Assembly: GCA_951406725.2 (NCBI GenBank)
Contig: OX597815.1
Location: 2,728,001-2,792,000 of the forward strand
Origin: Octopus vulgaris
Lineage: Eukaryota
Direction: 5' to 3'
DNA length: 64,000 nucleotides
Shown: positions 51,531 to 64,000 of the stretch, piece after piece
How positions within the stretch are numbered: the stretch's first letter is position 1
How the letters are laid out: every line of letters begins with the position of its first letter
Made by a program: the position numbers and the translations under genes
The notes under the pieces: model-generated
What the model saw: the letters and a program-made list of their open reading frames with translations, nothing else
What the model was told of the DNA's origin: nothing
Database searches by the model: none

Positions 51531-52900
51531 ATCTTTATATGATACAACCCTTGGCAGGTAAAATTAAGGGAGATCTTTGAGTGCCTATGGGTTAGAATTT
51601 TACCAACCGTATGCTAAGACCATCACCACTGATATAGAAAAACAGTGAGTGAACAATCCCTGGTGTTGCGATTAGCCGGGTGGCTGAATAAAAATTTGTT
51701 ATATGCAACAAAGGCAGAATAGATTAAAATAGACAACTGTGTACCTTGCTAAATGTATAGGAAATAATATCATAGTATTTACCTGAAGATAATATTTCTT
51801 ATGGGTGTGCTATGTTTAAAGACACAAATATGTCTGTAACAGATGGAAACAGTCCAGAAGAAGCAGTGAGGATGCTGGACAATTATTCAGCTGGGACAAG
51901 CATAATCCAAGTGTCTTTTCTGTTTTATTTTTAATAACTGCTATTTCTAGCAAACTGAGTGACCATATAAAGGATCCCTGTGTGAGGTTTAGAGAGAGAG
52001 AAATGAGAAAGAGAAAATAGAGAGAAGAGAGAGAGAGAGAGAAAAGAGAAAGAGGGAAAAGAGAAAGAGAAATGAGAGAGAGAGAGAGAAGAGAAAGAAA
52101 TGAGAGAGAGAGAGAAATGACCACCAATAGATTCATCGTAATATGGGTATGGATGCACTCACCTACCATACACAACAACAGTGTTTACGTGGCCATTTGC
52201 CAGCCTCCTCTGGCCCCTGTGCTGGTAGCACGTAAAAAACACCCACTACACTCATGGAGTGGTTGGCGTTAGGAAGGGCATCCAGCTGTAGAAACTCTGC
52301 CAGATCAGATTGGAGCCTGGTGCAGCCTTCTGGTTCACCAGTCCTAAGTTAAATCGTCCAACCCATGCTAGCATGGAAAGTGGACGTTAAACGATGATGA
52401 TGATGGAGCATTTACTCTATGATAATGCTTTGTACCAATAATTTATGTCAAAAGTCATCAGCTTCAGGCAAACTGCACTTAGATTAACGAGCTAAATAGA
52501 ATTAATAGAGCTTCAAACAATATTTACAACTCTGTCAAACAATGAACTTTGTGTCAACTGACAGAAACTTTTTGTTTGGTTATAGTTTTATATTTGACAT
52601 TTAACACACTGGAAATTAGTTTTTCAAATGACACATTGATGCAATGCAATGTGATACATTGATGCAATGCAAAGCCTGATGTGATGCACTGTTTGATGCA
52701 ATGCAGTGTTTCAGGCAACATATTGTTTGATGCAATATAATAGTGTCTGTGTGATGTGACATTGTTTGATGTGATGTTTGATACACTGTAATGTTTAATG
52801 TGACATCACAATGCAATGTAATGCTTGATACCACAGATTTGCTGCAATCATGTTTGATGCAACATACTGACACAATCATGTGTGATGTGATGTAATATTT

Positions 52901-53142
52901 GACACGTGGCTAGGTGGTTAGGGTGTCAGCACCATGATCGTAAGATTGTGGTTTCGATTCCTGGACCGGGCAACGCGTTGTATTCTTGAGCAAAACACTT
53001 CATTTCACGTTGCTCCAGTCCACTCAGCTGGCAAAAATGAGTAACGCTGCAATGGACTGGCATCCCATCCAGCTGGGGAACACATACACCATTGAAACCG
53101 GGAAACCGGGCCCATGAGCCTGGCTAGGCTTTAAAAGGGCGC
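52901..53142 (+). mobile_element. tRNA-headed SINE (family E); decayed relatives at ~765-900 and ~26330-26450
   Basis: TGGCTAGGTGG A box, GTTTCGATTCC B box, CTTGAGCAAAACACTTCATTTCAC body. Confidence 0.7.
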
Positions 53143-53172
53143 TAATTATCTTAGCAAGTTATCCATTATATA

Positions 53173-53572
53173 TCTCTTTTACTCTTTAATTGTTTCAGTC
53201 ATTTGACTGCGGCCATGCTGGAGTACCGCCTTTAGTCGAGCAAATCGACCTCGGGACTTATTCTTTGTAAGCCCAGTACTTATTCTATCGGTCTCTTTTG
53301 CTGAACCGCTAAGTGACGGGGACGTAAACACACCAGCATCGGTTGTCGAGCAATGCTAGGGAGACAAACACACACATACATACATACATACATATATATA
53401 CACAGATACGACAGGCTTCTTTCAGTTTCCGTCTATCAAATCCACTCACAAGGCATTGGTCGGCCCGGGGCTATAGCAGAAGACACTTGCCCAAGATGCC
53501 ACACAGTGGGACTGAACCCAGAACCATGTGGTTGATTAGCAAGCTACTTACCACACAGCCACTCCTGCGCCT
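53173..53572 (-). mobile_element. SINE family A
   Basis: Full-length reverse copy ending CCACTCCTGCGCC. Confidence 0.9.
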
Positions 53573-54035
53573 ATATATGTGGAACAAAATTAGTTAATTG
53601 CGATACAAAATGTGACAATCTTACTGCTTATTACAACAACCAATTGCTCTGAATAGAAATGAGTGCACATCTCCTTTATAATAATTCTGTCATCATATCA
53701 CATGTTGAAGTCAACACACACACAACTGCACATGTATATGATGATGTATATATATATATGTATGCATGCATATGTATGCACAAATGCATATTTGGTATGT
53801 GTAGACATCCATGTGAGTATGCAAGTGCATGAACATAAGATGTTTGTAATCATTTTCATTAGGTGCAGGAGTGGCTGCATGGTAAGACGCTTGCTTTGCA
53901 AACACATAGTCCCGGGTTCCGTCCCATTGCGTGGCACCTCAGGCAAGTGTCTTCTACAATAGCCTTGGGCTGACCAAAGCTTTCTGAGTAGATTTGGTAG
54001 ACGGAAACTGAAAGAAGCTCATCATGTAAGTGTGT

Positions 54036-54069
<34 letters not shown>

Positions 54070-54371
54070 TCATCATCGTTTAACGTCCGCTTTCCATGCT
54101 AGCATGGGTTGGACGATTTGACTGAGGTCTGGTGAGCCAGATGGCTGCACCAGGCTCCAATCTGATCTGGCAATGTTTCTACAGCTGGATGCCCTTACTA
54201 ATGCCAACCACTCCGAGAGTGTAGTGGGTGCTTTTAAAGTGCCACCAGCACGAGGGCCAGTCTGGTGGTACTGGCAATGGCCATGCTCAAAAATGGTGTT
54301 TTTTACGTGCTATCTTACCTGCACAGGAGTCAGTCCAGCAGCACTGGCAACGACCTCACTCATATATATAC

Positions 54372-54427
<56 letters not shown>

Positions 54428-54430
<3 letters not shown>

Positions 54431-54833
54431 TTTTACTTGTTTCAGTCATTTGACTGCGGCCATGCTGGAGCACCGCCTTTAGTCGAGCAAGTCGACCCCG
54501 GGACTTATTCTTTGTAAGCCCAGTACTTATTCTATCGGTCTCTTTTTGCCGAACCGCTAAGTGACGGGGACGTAAACATACCAGCATGGGTTGTCAAGCA
54601 ATGCTAGGGGGACAAACACGGACACACAAACACATACACACACACACATATATATATATTTATACATATATACGACAGGCTTCTTTCAGTTTCCGTCTAC
54701 CAGATCCACTTACAAGGCATTGGTTGACCCGGGGCTATAGCAGAAGACACTTGCCCAAGATGCCATGCAGTGGGACTGAACCCGGAACCATGTGGTTGGT
54801 AAGCAAGCTACTTGCCACACAGCCACTCCTGCG

Positions 54834-54835
<2 letters not shown>
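54428..54835 (-). mobile_element. SINE family A inside (TA)n
   Basis: Full-length reverse copy flanked by TA tracts. Confidence 0.9.
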
Positions 54836-54901
<66 letters not shown>

Positions 54902-55506
54902 CATATATGATGTAATGACTAGCAACTGAGACCTTTGGAGATATGCTGTGCTTAAGAAGACCCGGCAAGCTAAGTGAGATCGTAGCTATGGCCTATGCTC
55001 AGTATCACATAACCAGCCCATTTAGGAGTTCCATTCAATTGTCAGGCAATGTGCTGTGCTTGAGAAGACCTATTGAGTCAAGTAATATTGCTGTCGTGGC
55101 CGATGCCAGTACCACCTGGTGGCATGTAAAAAGCACCATAGGAGTGTGGTCAATGCCAGTGCTGCTTGACTGGCTCCCATGCCAGTAGCATGTAAAAGCA
55201 CCATTCAAGCATGACCAATGCCAGTGCCACCTGACTGGCCCCTGTGCCAGTGGCACATAAAAGGTGCCCACTATACTCTTGGAGCGGTTGGCTTGCCAGT
55301 CCTCAGTCAAACCATCCAACCCACGCCAGCATAGAGAGCGGACATTAAATGTCAACAATGATAATATATAAATGAAAGAAGCCAGTCATATATATATATA
55401 TATATAATGTTAATCCAAACAAGAAAGCACAAAAAAACACAACAACGTGAGGACGTGGAACAAATATAGTATTATTGGACGCTCAGGAAAGAAGGAAAGA
55501 AGGAGG

Positions 55507-55541
55507 GTTTAACGTTTCGAGCGGAGCTCTTCGTCGGAAAC
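55507..55541 (-). ncRNA. Minimal hammerhead-like motif in a different repeat (~55405-55610), probable Penelope-type pLTR fragment
   Basis: Minus strand GUUU-CCGACGA-A-GAGC-UCC-GCUC-GAAA-CG-UU-AAAC: stems I and II pair; the core has a U4C variant. Confidence 0.6.
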
Positions 55542-55905
55542 ATAGGAGAAGGAAAGATCCAGAGAAGGGAAGACAGAGGGAAAAAATCGCCAACGGTACA
55601 TACGAGGTCACGTGTGTGTGTGTGTGTGTGTTTGCCCATCTCCACCACCACTTGACAACTAATGGTGTGTTTACATCTCCGTAACTTAGTGGTTTGGCAA
55701 AAGAGACTGACAGAATAAGTACTAAGCTTATAAAGAATAAGTCCTGGGGTCGATTCATTTGACTGAAGGCGGTGCTCCAGCATGGCTGCAGTCAAATGAC
55801 TGAAACAAGTAAAAGAATAAAAGAATTCACTCAAAAATTTTTAAGGTGTGTGCATGAGTGTAGGCATATATGCATAGCATACCTCTGATTATTAATTTAT
55901 ATACA

Positions 55906-55943
<38 letters not shown>

Positions 55944-56710
55944 CATGAGTGTATGGGTGTATATATGCATCCACGTGTGAAGATGTATGTATGTGCTTTT
56001 ATTTACCTGCATGTGAGGTGTGTGTGTGTGTGCATGTGTGTGTGCATTCACCTGTACAGTTGAAGCTATTTATGTACTTAGACACACATCCTTGAGATGT
56101 GTGTCTAAGTACATATCTGGGTATTTTTATGCGAGAGAGCAGTCACAATCACATAAAAGTGTAAATGCAAGTTCACACACACACACACACACGCACACCA
56201 TTGCCTGTGTGTGCATATGAAAACATACAAGCAACTGCAGGTGCAAGTGCACACACAAAGCACACTGCAACATTCGTATGTGCAAATATACAAGCGCATA
56301 CCAATGTGGGTGCAAACAGACTTTTACCTCCGAGCTTGCATGCACTTGTACACCTTTGAATACCTGCAAAATACACCCATATGGGCGCCCACAAACACAC
56401 ACACATTCTTCAGGATGTGTAATGTGTACACAGATATACATACCTGGATGCATACAGGTAAATGCATACAAATATCATTTTATGTACAAATGAAGGGACA
56501 CGCATACAAATATCTTCACATATATATACATGTATATACACACACATACACACACACACACATGCATACATGTAGATATGTATATCTGCATATGTATTTA
56601 CATGTCTACAAAATACACATGCATACACAAGTATATATATATACACACACACACACACAAGTATATATATATACACACACACACACATATATACACACAC
56701 ACACATATAT

Positions 56711-56762
<52 letters not shown>

Positions 56763-57594
56763 TTAGAAACTCATACCTCCCCATACATGTATACACATGG
56801 CAGAAGCACAGTTACCATGGTAGCAACACAATTGTTTTTGTTGACGAACCCAAAAACTAAAAGCTAAATTCCTCCACCCTTACCCATCCCACATCCGAAC
56901 CCCACAAAATACCCAGCAAAAGGAGGGAACAAAATAGAAGGAAAACAAACGTAGTAGCAATAACGATAAAAGAAAATAATAATGATCTTTTAGTAATGAT
57001 AATAATAATGCTAATACAGATAATAATTAACGATTAATAATAATGAAGAGAGAGAGAAAAAAAAAAAGAATGAAGGTGCTAAGAAAGGAAAAAAGAGCTA
57101 AATATAGAGTTATCTATAAGTGTACATTGAGGTAGGCTAAATATAATCTACCCCACCTACCCCAGCTTCACCACCGCCGCTGCCTCCAGACCCTAATATT
57201 ACTACCAGCTGTATATAGCTTACTGATGATGCTGAGAACTAGGTAGGAGTGGAGGAACCGGGGGTGGAGGGTGTGGGGGGGATGGTGTTACATAGCATCC
57301 TTTCTCTACCATCGCCGCCGCCGCCGCTGCCACCAGCTTGTGTCAGTTGGTATGCTTCTTCTTGCTTGGTACTTCAGTCTTAAAATGGACCAATCACACA
57401 AGCCTTACAACATCTTAATACCCATTCCACCCCAGCACCACCACCCCAGCACCACCACCACCAGCCATTCTCCCATCTATCTACCCACGCACTCCCCTAA
57501 CCTCTCGGAGAAAGCCCTCACCTCCACCCAGAGCCACTTCCACCAAACTTTTGCAGAATCCTCAAGAATAGAAAGGCAACCTAATCATATGTGT

Positions 57595-57632
<38 letters not shown>

Positions 57633-57759
57633 ATGTATATGTATTTTTAAAATGCTCTCCCTAGGGGTTATAACCCAAAATTTATTTTAAGGTAATGCTA
57701 AATATACATTCTTATATAGAGTTAATTTTAAACGGGTGTGTGCATCATGTATTATACAA

Positions 57760-57800
<41 letters not shown>

Positions 57801-57909
57801 CACACAAGTAATTTTGTGAGAGTATATGCAAACACACAGAAAAATCACATATATGACAATACATTTTGAATGTATGTGTATGCATATGTGCAATCTCATT
57901 ACACACCAA

Positions 57910-58372
57910 TGTGTGTGTGTATATATATATATATATACACACACACATACATACAGATCTATACACACATACATACATATATATACACACACATACATAC
58001 ACATACATGCATACATATTCACACATACATACACATACATACATACATGCACATACATGCATACATATACACACATACATGCACATACATATACACACAT
58101 ACATGCACATACATGCATACATATACACACATACATGCACATACATGCATACATATACACACATACATGCACATACATGCATACATATACACACATACAT
58201 GCATACATATACACACATACATACATTCATACACATACATGCATACATATACACACACACATACACACACATGCATACATATACACACATACATACACAC
58301 ACATACATACACATACATGTATATATATATACACATACACACACACATACATACATACATACATACATACAC
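57910..58372. repeat. CA/TA/CATG compound microsatellite
   Basis: ATACATGCACATACATGCATACATATACACAC units; similar tracts at 1240-1335, 45960-46360, 49430-49710 and 56520-56760. Confidence 0.95.
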
Positions 58373-58505
58373 AGGGTGCGACTGGTAAATTGTTAGCATT
58401 ATATATTTTTAATTTCATGCATGTGCATTGTTTGTTTTTAATTTTGTCAACTACACAGTATTGTAGGATCAATTGGGCACTGTCTGTGAGAAAAACAGTT
58501 ATGGT
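58369..58505 (+). mobile_element. Possible Tc1/mariner terminal fragment
   Basis: CAGGGTGCGACTGGTAAATT terminus after a TA-rich repeat resembles CAGGGTG-type TIRs; no partner TIR found. Confidence 0.3.
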
Positions 58506-58984
58506 TTAGTCCCAGGTGATCTATAGCGACAGATGTGGCAGCCATGACCATCTTTTCAAACTTTTCCTCACAGCCTCTCTTGGTCCCTACTGTCCAATAA
58601 ATCCCCATTTGAGATTGTAAAATGCTTTTAGCAGGAGATCATGTTACTAACACTGTTTATAATAATCCTGCTAATCTTTATGATTTATGTGCAAATGAAA
58701 ATGATCTTAACAAGGCTAATGTTATTAATGACAGCAACAGCAAAGCTAATCATAATGACGGATGTGTGGCTAAGAAGTTCAAACAACAACCACCTGGTTT
58801 TTGGTTCAATTCCACTGCTTGGCACCTTGGACAAATGCTTTCTAGCTGACTTCAAGCTGACCAAAGCTTCACCCCCCACCCCATAATGCAGAGAAGAGGA
58901 AAATAAACAACTAGAGGGGCCTAAATGGCTGCTATTGGTTTGTGATGGTCACTGTTGAGACCTCAGGCGCTTTTCCAACCTCAC

Positions 58985-59403
58985 TCTTTACTCTCTTACT
59001 CTTTTACTTGTTTCAGTCAGTTGACTGCGGCCATGCTGGAGCACCACCTTTAGTAGAGCAACTCGACCTCAGGACTTATTCTTTGTAAGCCCAGTACTTA
59101 TTCTATTGGTCTCTTTTGCTGAACCGCTAAGTGACGGGGACATAAACACACCAGCATCGGTTGTCAAGCAATGCTAGGGGGACAAACACAGACACACAAA
59201 CATACACGCAAACATATATATATATATATATACATATATACGACGGGCTTCTTTCAGTTTCCGTCTACCAAATCCACTCACAAGGCATTGGTCGGCCCGA
59301 GGCTATAGTAGAAGACACTTGCCCAAAGTGCCACGCAGTGGGACTGAACCCGCAACCATGTGGTTGGTAAGCAAGCTACTTACCACACAGCCACTCCTGC
59401 GCC
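58985..59403 (-). mobile_element. SINE family A
   Basis: Full-length reverse copy. Confidence 0.9.
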
Positions 59404-61383
59404 TGATTTTTCTCTGCAAAATCAGGATAACTATGATCAGTCTGAGAAATGAGCTTCGAGTGGTGGGGTGGCTGCTGTACTGAGTGTCACTGGCCATTCT
59501 CCATGGCAACGCTTTTCCAGTCATGTCTGTACAGTGCAGCAAAACACACCATTTGTTCTAAGGTGTACACAACCATTTACTCCCCCACCATTTTTTACTG
59601 CTTCAGTCACCACCCTTTCTTTCCTTTTTTTCTTTGTTCCCTTGGTGAGGTAGTTATAGGCTTTTTCTTGTTAATTTGATCTTTTATAACTTTTTCTCTA
59701 TTTTCTTACTGTTAAAATATGGTTAACAAAGTCTGTTTGTTAACCAAATTCACTAAAGCCTTGTTAGTGAATTTGATAGATGGAAACTGTATTGAAGCCC
59801 ATCATTAATATATATACATATGCTAATGCACACATATACATATGTAATATATGTGTTTGCATGTATGAGTATGTCTCCTTATATGCTGTATTAATTGTAA
59901 ACCCCCCCTGGCACCTGTGCCGGTGGCACATAAAAAGCACCCATTACACTCACGGAGTGGTTGGCGTTAGGAAGGGCATCCAGCTGTAGAAACTCTGCCA
60001 GATCAGACTGGTGCCTGGTGCAGCCTCCTGGCTTCCCAGACCCTGGTCGAACCGTCCAACCCATGCTAGCATGGAAAACGGACGTTAAACGATGATGATG
60101 ATGATGAATATCACTGTCACACAAATAGTGCCATGCCATTTTTGCAATCTTCAAGAAAAATAGAAAAGTGTCTCAACTAGGGTAAAATATCCGTTTGCTT
60201 TAGTAAGAAGTGAAGGTTGGTGACAGGAAGTGCATCCAGCTGTAGAAAATCTACCTGAATAAATTTTGTCTGACCCATGCAAACATGGCAAACTGGACGC
60301 CAGCAAACAAGGCCATGATGATGCTGATGAGGACAACGATAACGATGAAGAAAACTTTGGAGACAATAACAAAAAAGATGACAATAAATATCTTTTACTT
60401 GCTTCAGTCATTCGACTGTGGCCAAGCTGGAGCAGCATCTTGAAGAATTTTTAGCTGAACAAATTGACTCCAGTACTCATTTTTTATTTAAACCTGGTGC
60501 TTATTTTATCAGTCTCTTTTGCTGAGCCTCTAAGTTACAGGGACATAAACACACCAACACCAATTGTCAAGCATTGGTGGACACACACACACACACACAC
60601 ACACACACCAGGGGCTTCTTTCCGTTTCCATCTACCAAATCGACTCACGAAGCTTTTAAAGACATTTTCCTCAGGTGCCTTGCAGTGGGACTGAACCCGG
60701 AACCATGTGGTTGGGAAGCAAACTTCCTATCACACAGCTATGCCTGTACCTGTTGATGGTAAAGATGAAGAATCCCATTAACTCGTACCAAATGACCGTA
60801 AATGTCTACAGATGACTAAGCATTCACAGTTTTCTCCTTGTAGTTAATATCTACCAATATCTAAACAGTCTGCTTAGGCACATGAAGAGCCCTACATTTA
60901 CTAAATTAACTGCTACAAACAGCAGAGTCCACTAATGGATGAAAGTCCTGCAGCTAAGACGAAGAGAAGTTGCGGGTAACTTGGCATCTGCTTCTTCTCC
61001 AAGCAACTTGCACCTGCTGATAAGTGATCAAAGAATACGAAAAGAAAGCTCAGAAGGATATACATACAACATGGAATACTAGGGAGCTTTACTGCTAGGA
61101 GCAGGGAGATGTTGGCAGAAAATTTGGACCCACCACAAGCACCTACCATCTGTATCTAATGTAGGGTAAGAGCCCTGCTGATAAGAATGGAAGATGCCAA
61201 AGCAAACCCCTGAACATAAGCATACATCTAGCATTCACTATACACATACATCTCTAACACCTGAAAAATCTCTTCACACACACACACATACATTGTAATA
61301 ATTTTTTAAACATTAATAAAATACATTTTAGCATTTAAAAAAAAAATGTAATGTATTTATTTATTTATTATTACTAAGTTGGT

Positions 61384-61745
61384 AAGGCAGCAAGCTGGCA
61401 GAAATGTTAGCATGCCGGGGGAAATGCTTTGTGGTATTTCGTCTGCCGTTACGTTCTGAGTTCAAATTCCGCCGAGGTCGACTTTGCCTTTCATCCTCTC
61501 GGGGTTGATTCAATAAGTACCAGTTACGCACTGAGGTCGATGTAATCGACTTAATCCATTTGTATGCCTTTATTGTCCCCTCTGTGTTTAGCCCCTTGTG
61601 GGTAGTAAAGAAATAGGTATTTCATCTATCTTTACGTTCAAATTCCACTGAGGCTGACTTTGCCTTTCATCCTTTTGGGGTCAATAAATTAAGTACCAGT
61701 TGCATACTGGAGTTGATCTAATCAACTGGACCCTCCCCCAAAATT
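61384..61745 (+). mobile_element. SINE family B, dimer
   Basis: Head, body and tail followed by a second partial body. Confidence 0.85.
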
Positions 61746-62139
61746 TTAGGAAGGCGATGCTGGCAACGATCACGCTCGGATGGTGCTCTTTAAGGCGACG
61801 CTGGTAACGATCACGCTCGAATGGTGCCTTTTAAGTGCCACTGGCACGGAAGCCGGTTAGCCACTCTGTCAATGGTCACACTTGTATGGTGCTCTTTGCA
61901 CTCCGCTAGCACGGACGCCAGTCATCAAATTTGATTTTGATTTTGATAATATTATTGAAATATACTTTACTAACTTTTAACCATAAAAATCTGCAAACTA
62001 TGACCACAAACTTCACTATTATTAAAGATCAGTTCCTTGTTTTTTTTAATAGACTCCTTAGATTTTTTTTTGTATATATATTTGTCCGTGGTGCACAAGT
62101 GTTATTCAGTGCAGTTTCTCTTTTTGTCTTTAGCACATA

Positions 62140-62340
62140 GAGCAGCAGGTTGATGCAAGTGGTTCCTGTTGGCTGCCAGTTTCTCTACATCCAACCAGGT
62201 GACACTGGCTTCTCTCAGGTCACTTAAGAATGTTCTGTGTCACCTAGTTTTCCATCTTTCTCTCTTTTCCCCTCTGGTGGTGTCCATTTGAAAGCTGTTT
62301 TAGAATGGCCTTGTTCTGGTAGCCCCAATGTATATGTAAC
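62140..62340 (-). mobile_element. Old RTE-like LINE 3' fragment
   Basis: Minus strand gives approximately SKTAFKWTPPEGKR...HRTFLSDLREASVTWLDVEKLAANR (WTP..GKR..GRP..TW motif region, with indels). Confidence 0.55.
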
Positions 62341-64000
62341 CTGCTAGCTTTAATCTTCACCTGGATTTCACTTGGAAACAGGTGAAGGTTGACAGCTGGA
62401 AGGACATCTGATCATAGAAAAACTGACCCAAAGTCTATCCTGGTGCAAAAATTAAATTATGATGCTATCTGAAATCCCCCAACTGCTCAACAGATCACCA
62501 TCATTTAATGCTCGTTGCCCAAACAGGGATGAGTTGGATGGTTTGACAGGATCCAGTGAATCAGAAAACTGTATCAAGCTCGAAAATCCATTCTGGCACG
62601 ATTGGCATGGCTGGATGCCCTCCTTTATGTCATACATTAAATCTGAAAAAATTTTGGAAAATGTTCTAGTGTTCACAGAGAACACCTCAATGGCTGCCTT
62701 GTGAACCACAATTCCTCTGGCGCTGAGCTACGACCCACATCATTATCACTGCCCTTACTTTGTTACATAACTTTCAAACATTCATCTCCTTCGCAAATGT
62801 AACAAAACAACACAAGTCATTATTAAAGAGAATATGTATGGGATGCAGTGACATTCACATCTTTGATGAAGAGCATTAGTGACATAAGCAGGATAAATAC
62901 ATCCGGGAGTTGAAGGTTAGATGCAGAATCATTTCTTGGACCACAGAATGAACCTCATAGATCTGCTCTAGTAAACATACCAAGGAGAGGAGGGGAGGGC
63001 AGAGAGGGAGAGAGAAGGGATAACCACATCTATTGCCATTCTCAGCATTCCTGGAATTCTTTAGTTATTAAAAAATATTGAATTACTGTATGTATATATG
63101 TGAATGTTTGCGTATTTGTGATGTGCATGTGTGTTCAGAGGAAATGGGGGAAAGGGCAGAAATCATAATGTTCAATTTGATAATTAGGTCACATTCAATT
63201 TGATAATTAGGTCAGGTTCAATTTGATAATTCTGCCATTGTTGACTTTGCCTTTCAGCCTTTTGGGGGTCAATAAAACAAGTGCCAGTTGAGCAGAAAGG
63301 GCAATATAATAGATTTACCTCTATTCCCTTGGAAATATTGACCTTGTGCCCAAATTTGAAACCAAAATATTAAATCATGGTCATCAACGAAGCTTTAGTG
63401 CAAACCAGTGTTTAAGTAGGAGCAACATTTAGGCTAGTTGAAATACGTTTGTCACATATTTCAACTGCTAAAAGGCAAATACACTGCAGTTATGGTAGAG
63501 AGAAAAAAATCTCTCTTATGGTAAAAAGGTGTGAAAACACACAGTTCAGTGTTGCCATCTATTAGGAATTCAAAACATTGATGTTTTGAGTTTTTGGACT
63601 TTTGTCAATGAGATGTGCCTAAGGGGGGTAACTCTGAATGAATTTAATAAAGTCATAGCTTTATATATAATTCAGTCAAGATGTTGGCTTACTTGTACAA
63701 GTAGATTGCCCAATCAAGGTAAACAACAAATGCTACCACAAAGCAGTGTTTAGATATGAGCAGAATTTAAGCTAGTTATTTACCCCAATCAGGCAATCTA
63801 CTCGTGCAAATCAGTCAACGTGTTGACTGGATTATACATAAAGCAACAGCTTTATTAAGTTCATTCAGAGTTACCTTTCTCAGGTACATCTCATTGACAA
63901 GTGTCAAAAAACTCAAAACGTCGATGTCTGGGATTCCTAATAGATGGTGACATTGAATGAACCAGGTGTTTTCACACCATTTTACCATATGAGATTTTTT

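Noticed and set aside
56816-56827. RFX X-box-like motifs (here and ~59497) and an NF-kB-like GGGAATTTCC at ~43894
   Set aside because: Isolated or imperfect short motifs without supporting context.
60913-61149. 78-aa hydrophobic ORF in unique-looking sequence
   Set aside because: No recognisable domain or convincing splice context; other frames are interrupted by stops.
63171-63232. 23-bp repeat TTCAATTTGATAATTAGGTCA x2.6
   Set aside because: Small local duplication within a decayed SINE B.

Overview
Repeat-dense, AT-rich eukaryotic non-coding DNA (large intron or intergenic). The SINE families and microsatellite load resemble an Octopus (coleoid cephalopod) genome; this is recognition, not a database result. 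I see no convincing host protein-coding gene: the supplied ORFs are microsatellite or SINE read-throughs, or decayed transposon ORFs. The window holds dozens of tRNA-derived SINE copies, RTE- and CR1-type LINE 3' fragments, two dead Tc1/mariner transposase remnants, three non-autonomous Helitron copies, several MITE/foldback elements and long simple repeats. The most notable signal is a family of short elements carrying a minimal type I hammerhead ribozyme motif (CUGAUGA-A-stem II-GAAA-CG-UU). It forms a 9-copy, ~216-bp tandem array at 6.2-8.1 kb (retrozyme/Penelope-like, with an inverted terminal fragment and 13-bp TSD). It also occurs as a TSD-flanked insertion in a LINE at 41.6 kb and, at 48.1 kb, next to tRNA-type A and B boxes, suggesting a Pol III, ribozyme-bearing SINE. 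Two unrelated repeats (11.0 and 55.5 kb) show the same hammerhead architecture. Also notable: a 26-bp minisatellite amplified from a mariner transposase coding motif, and a CpG-retaining domain at about 31-40 kb. Repeat boundaries are by eye and approximate.
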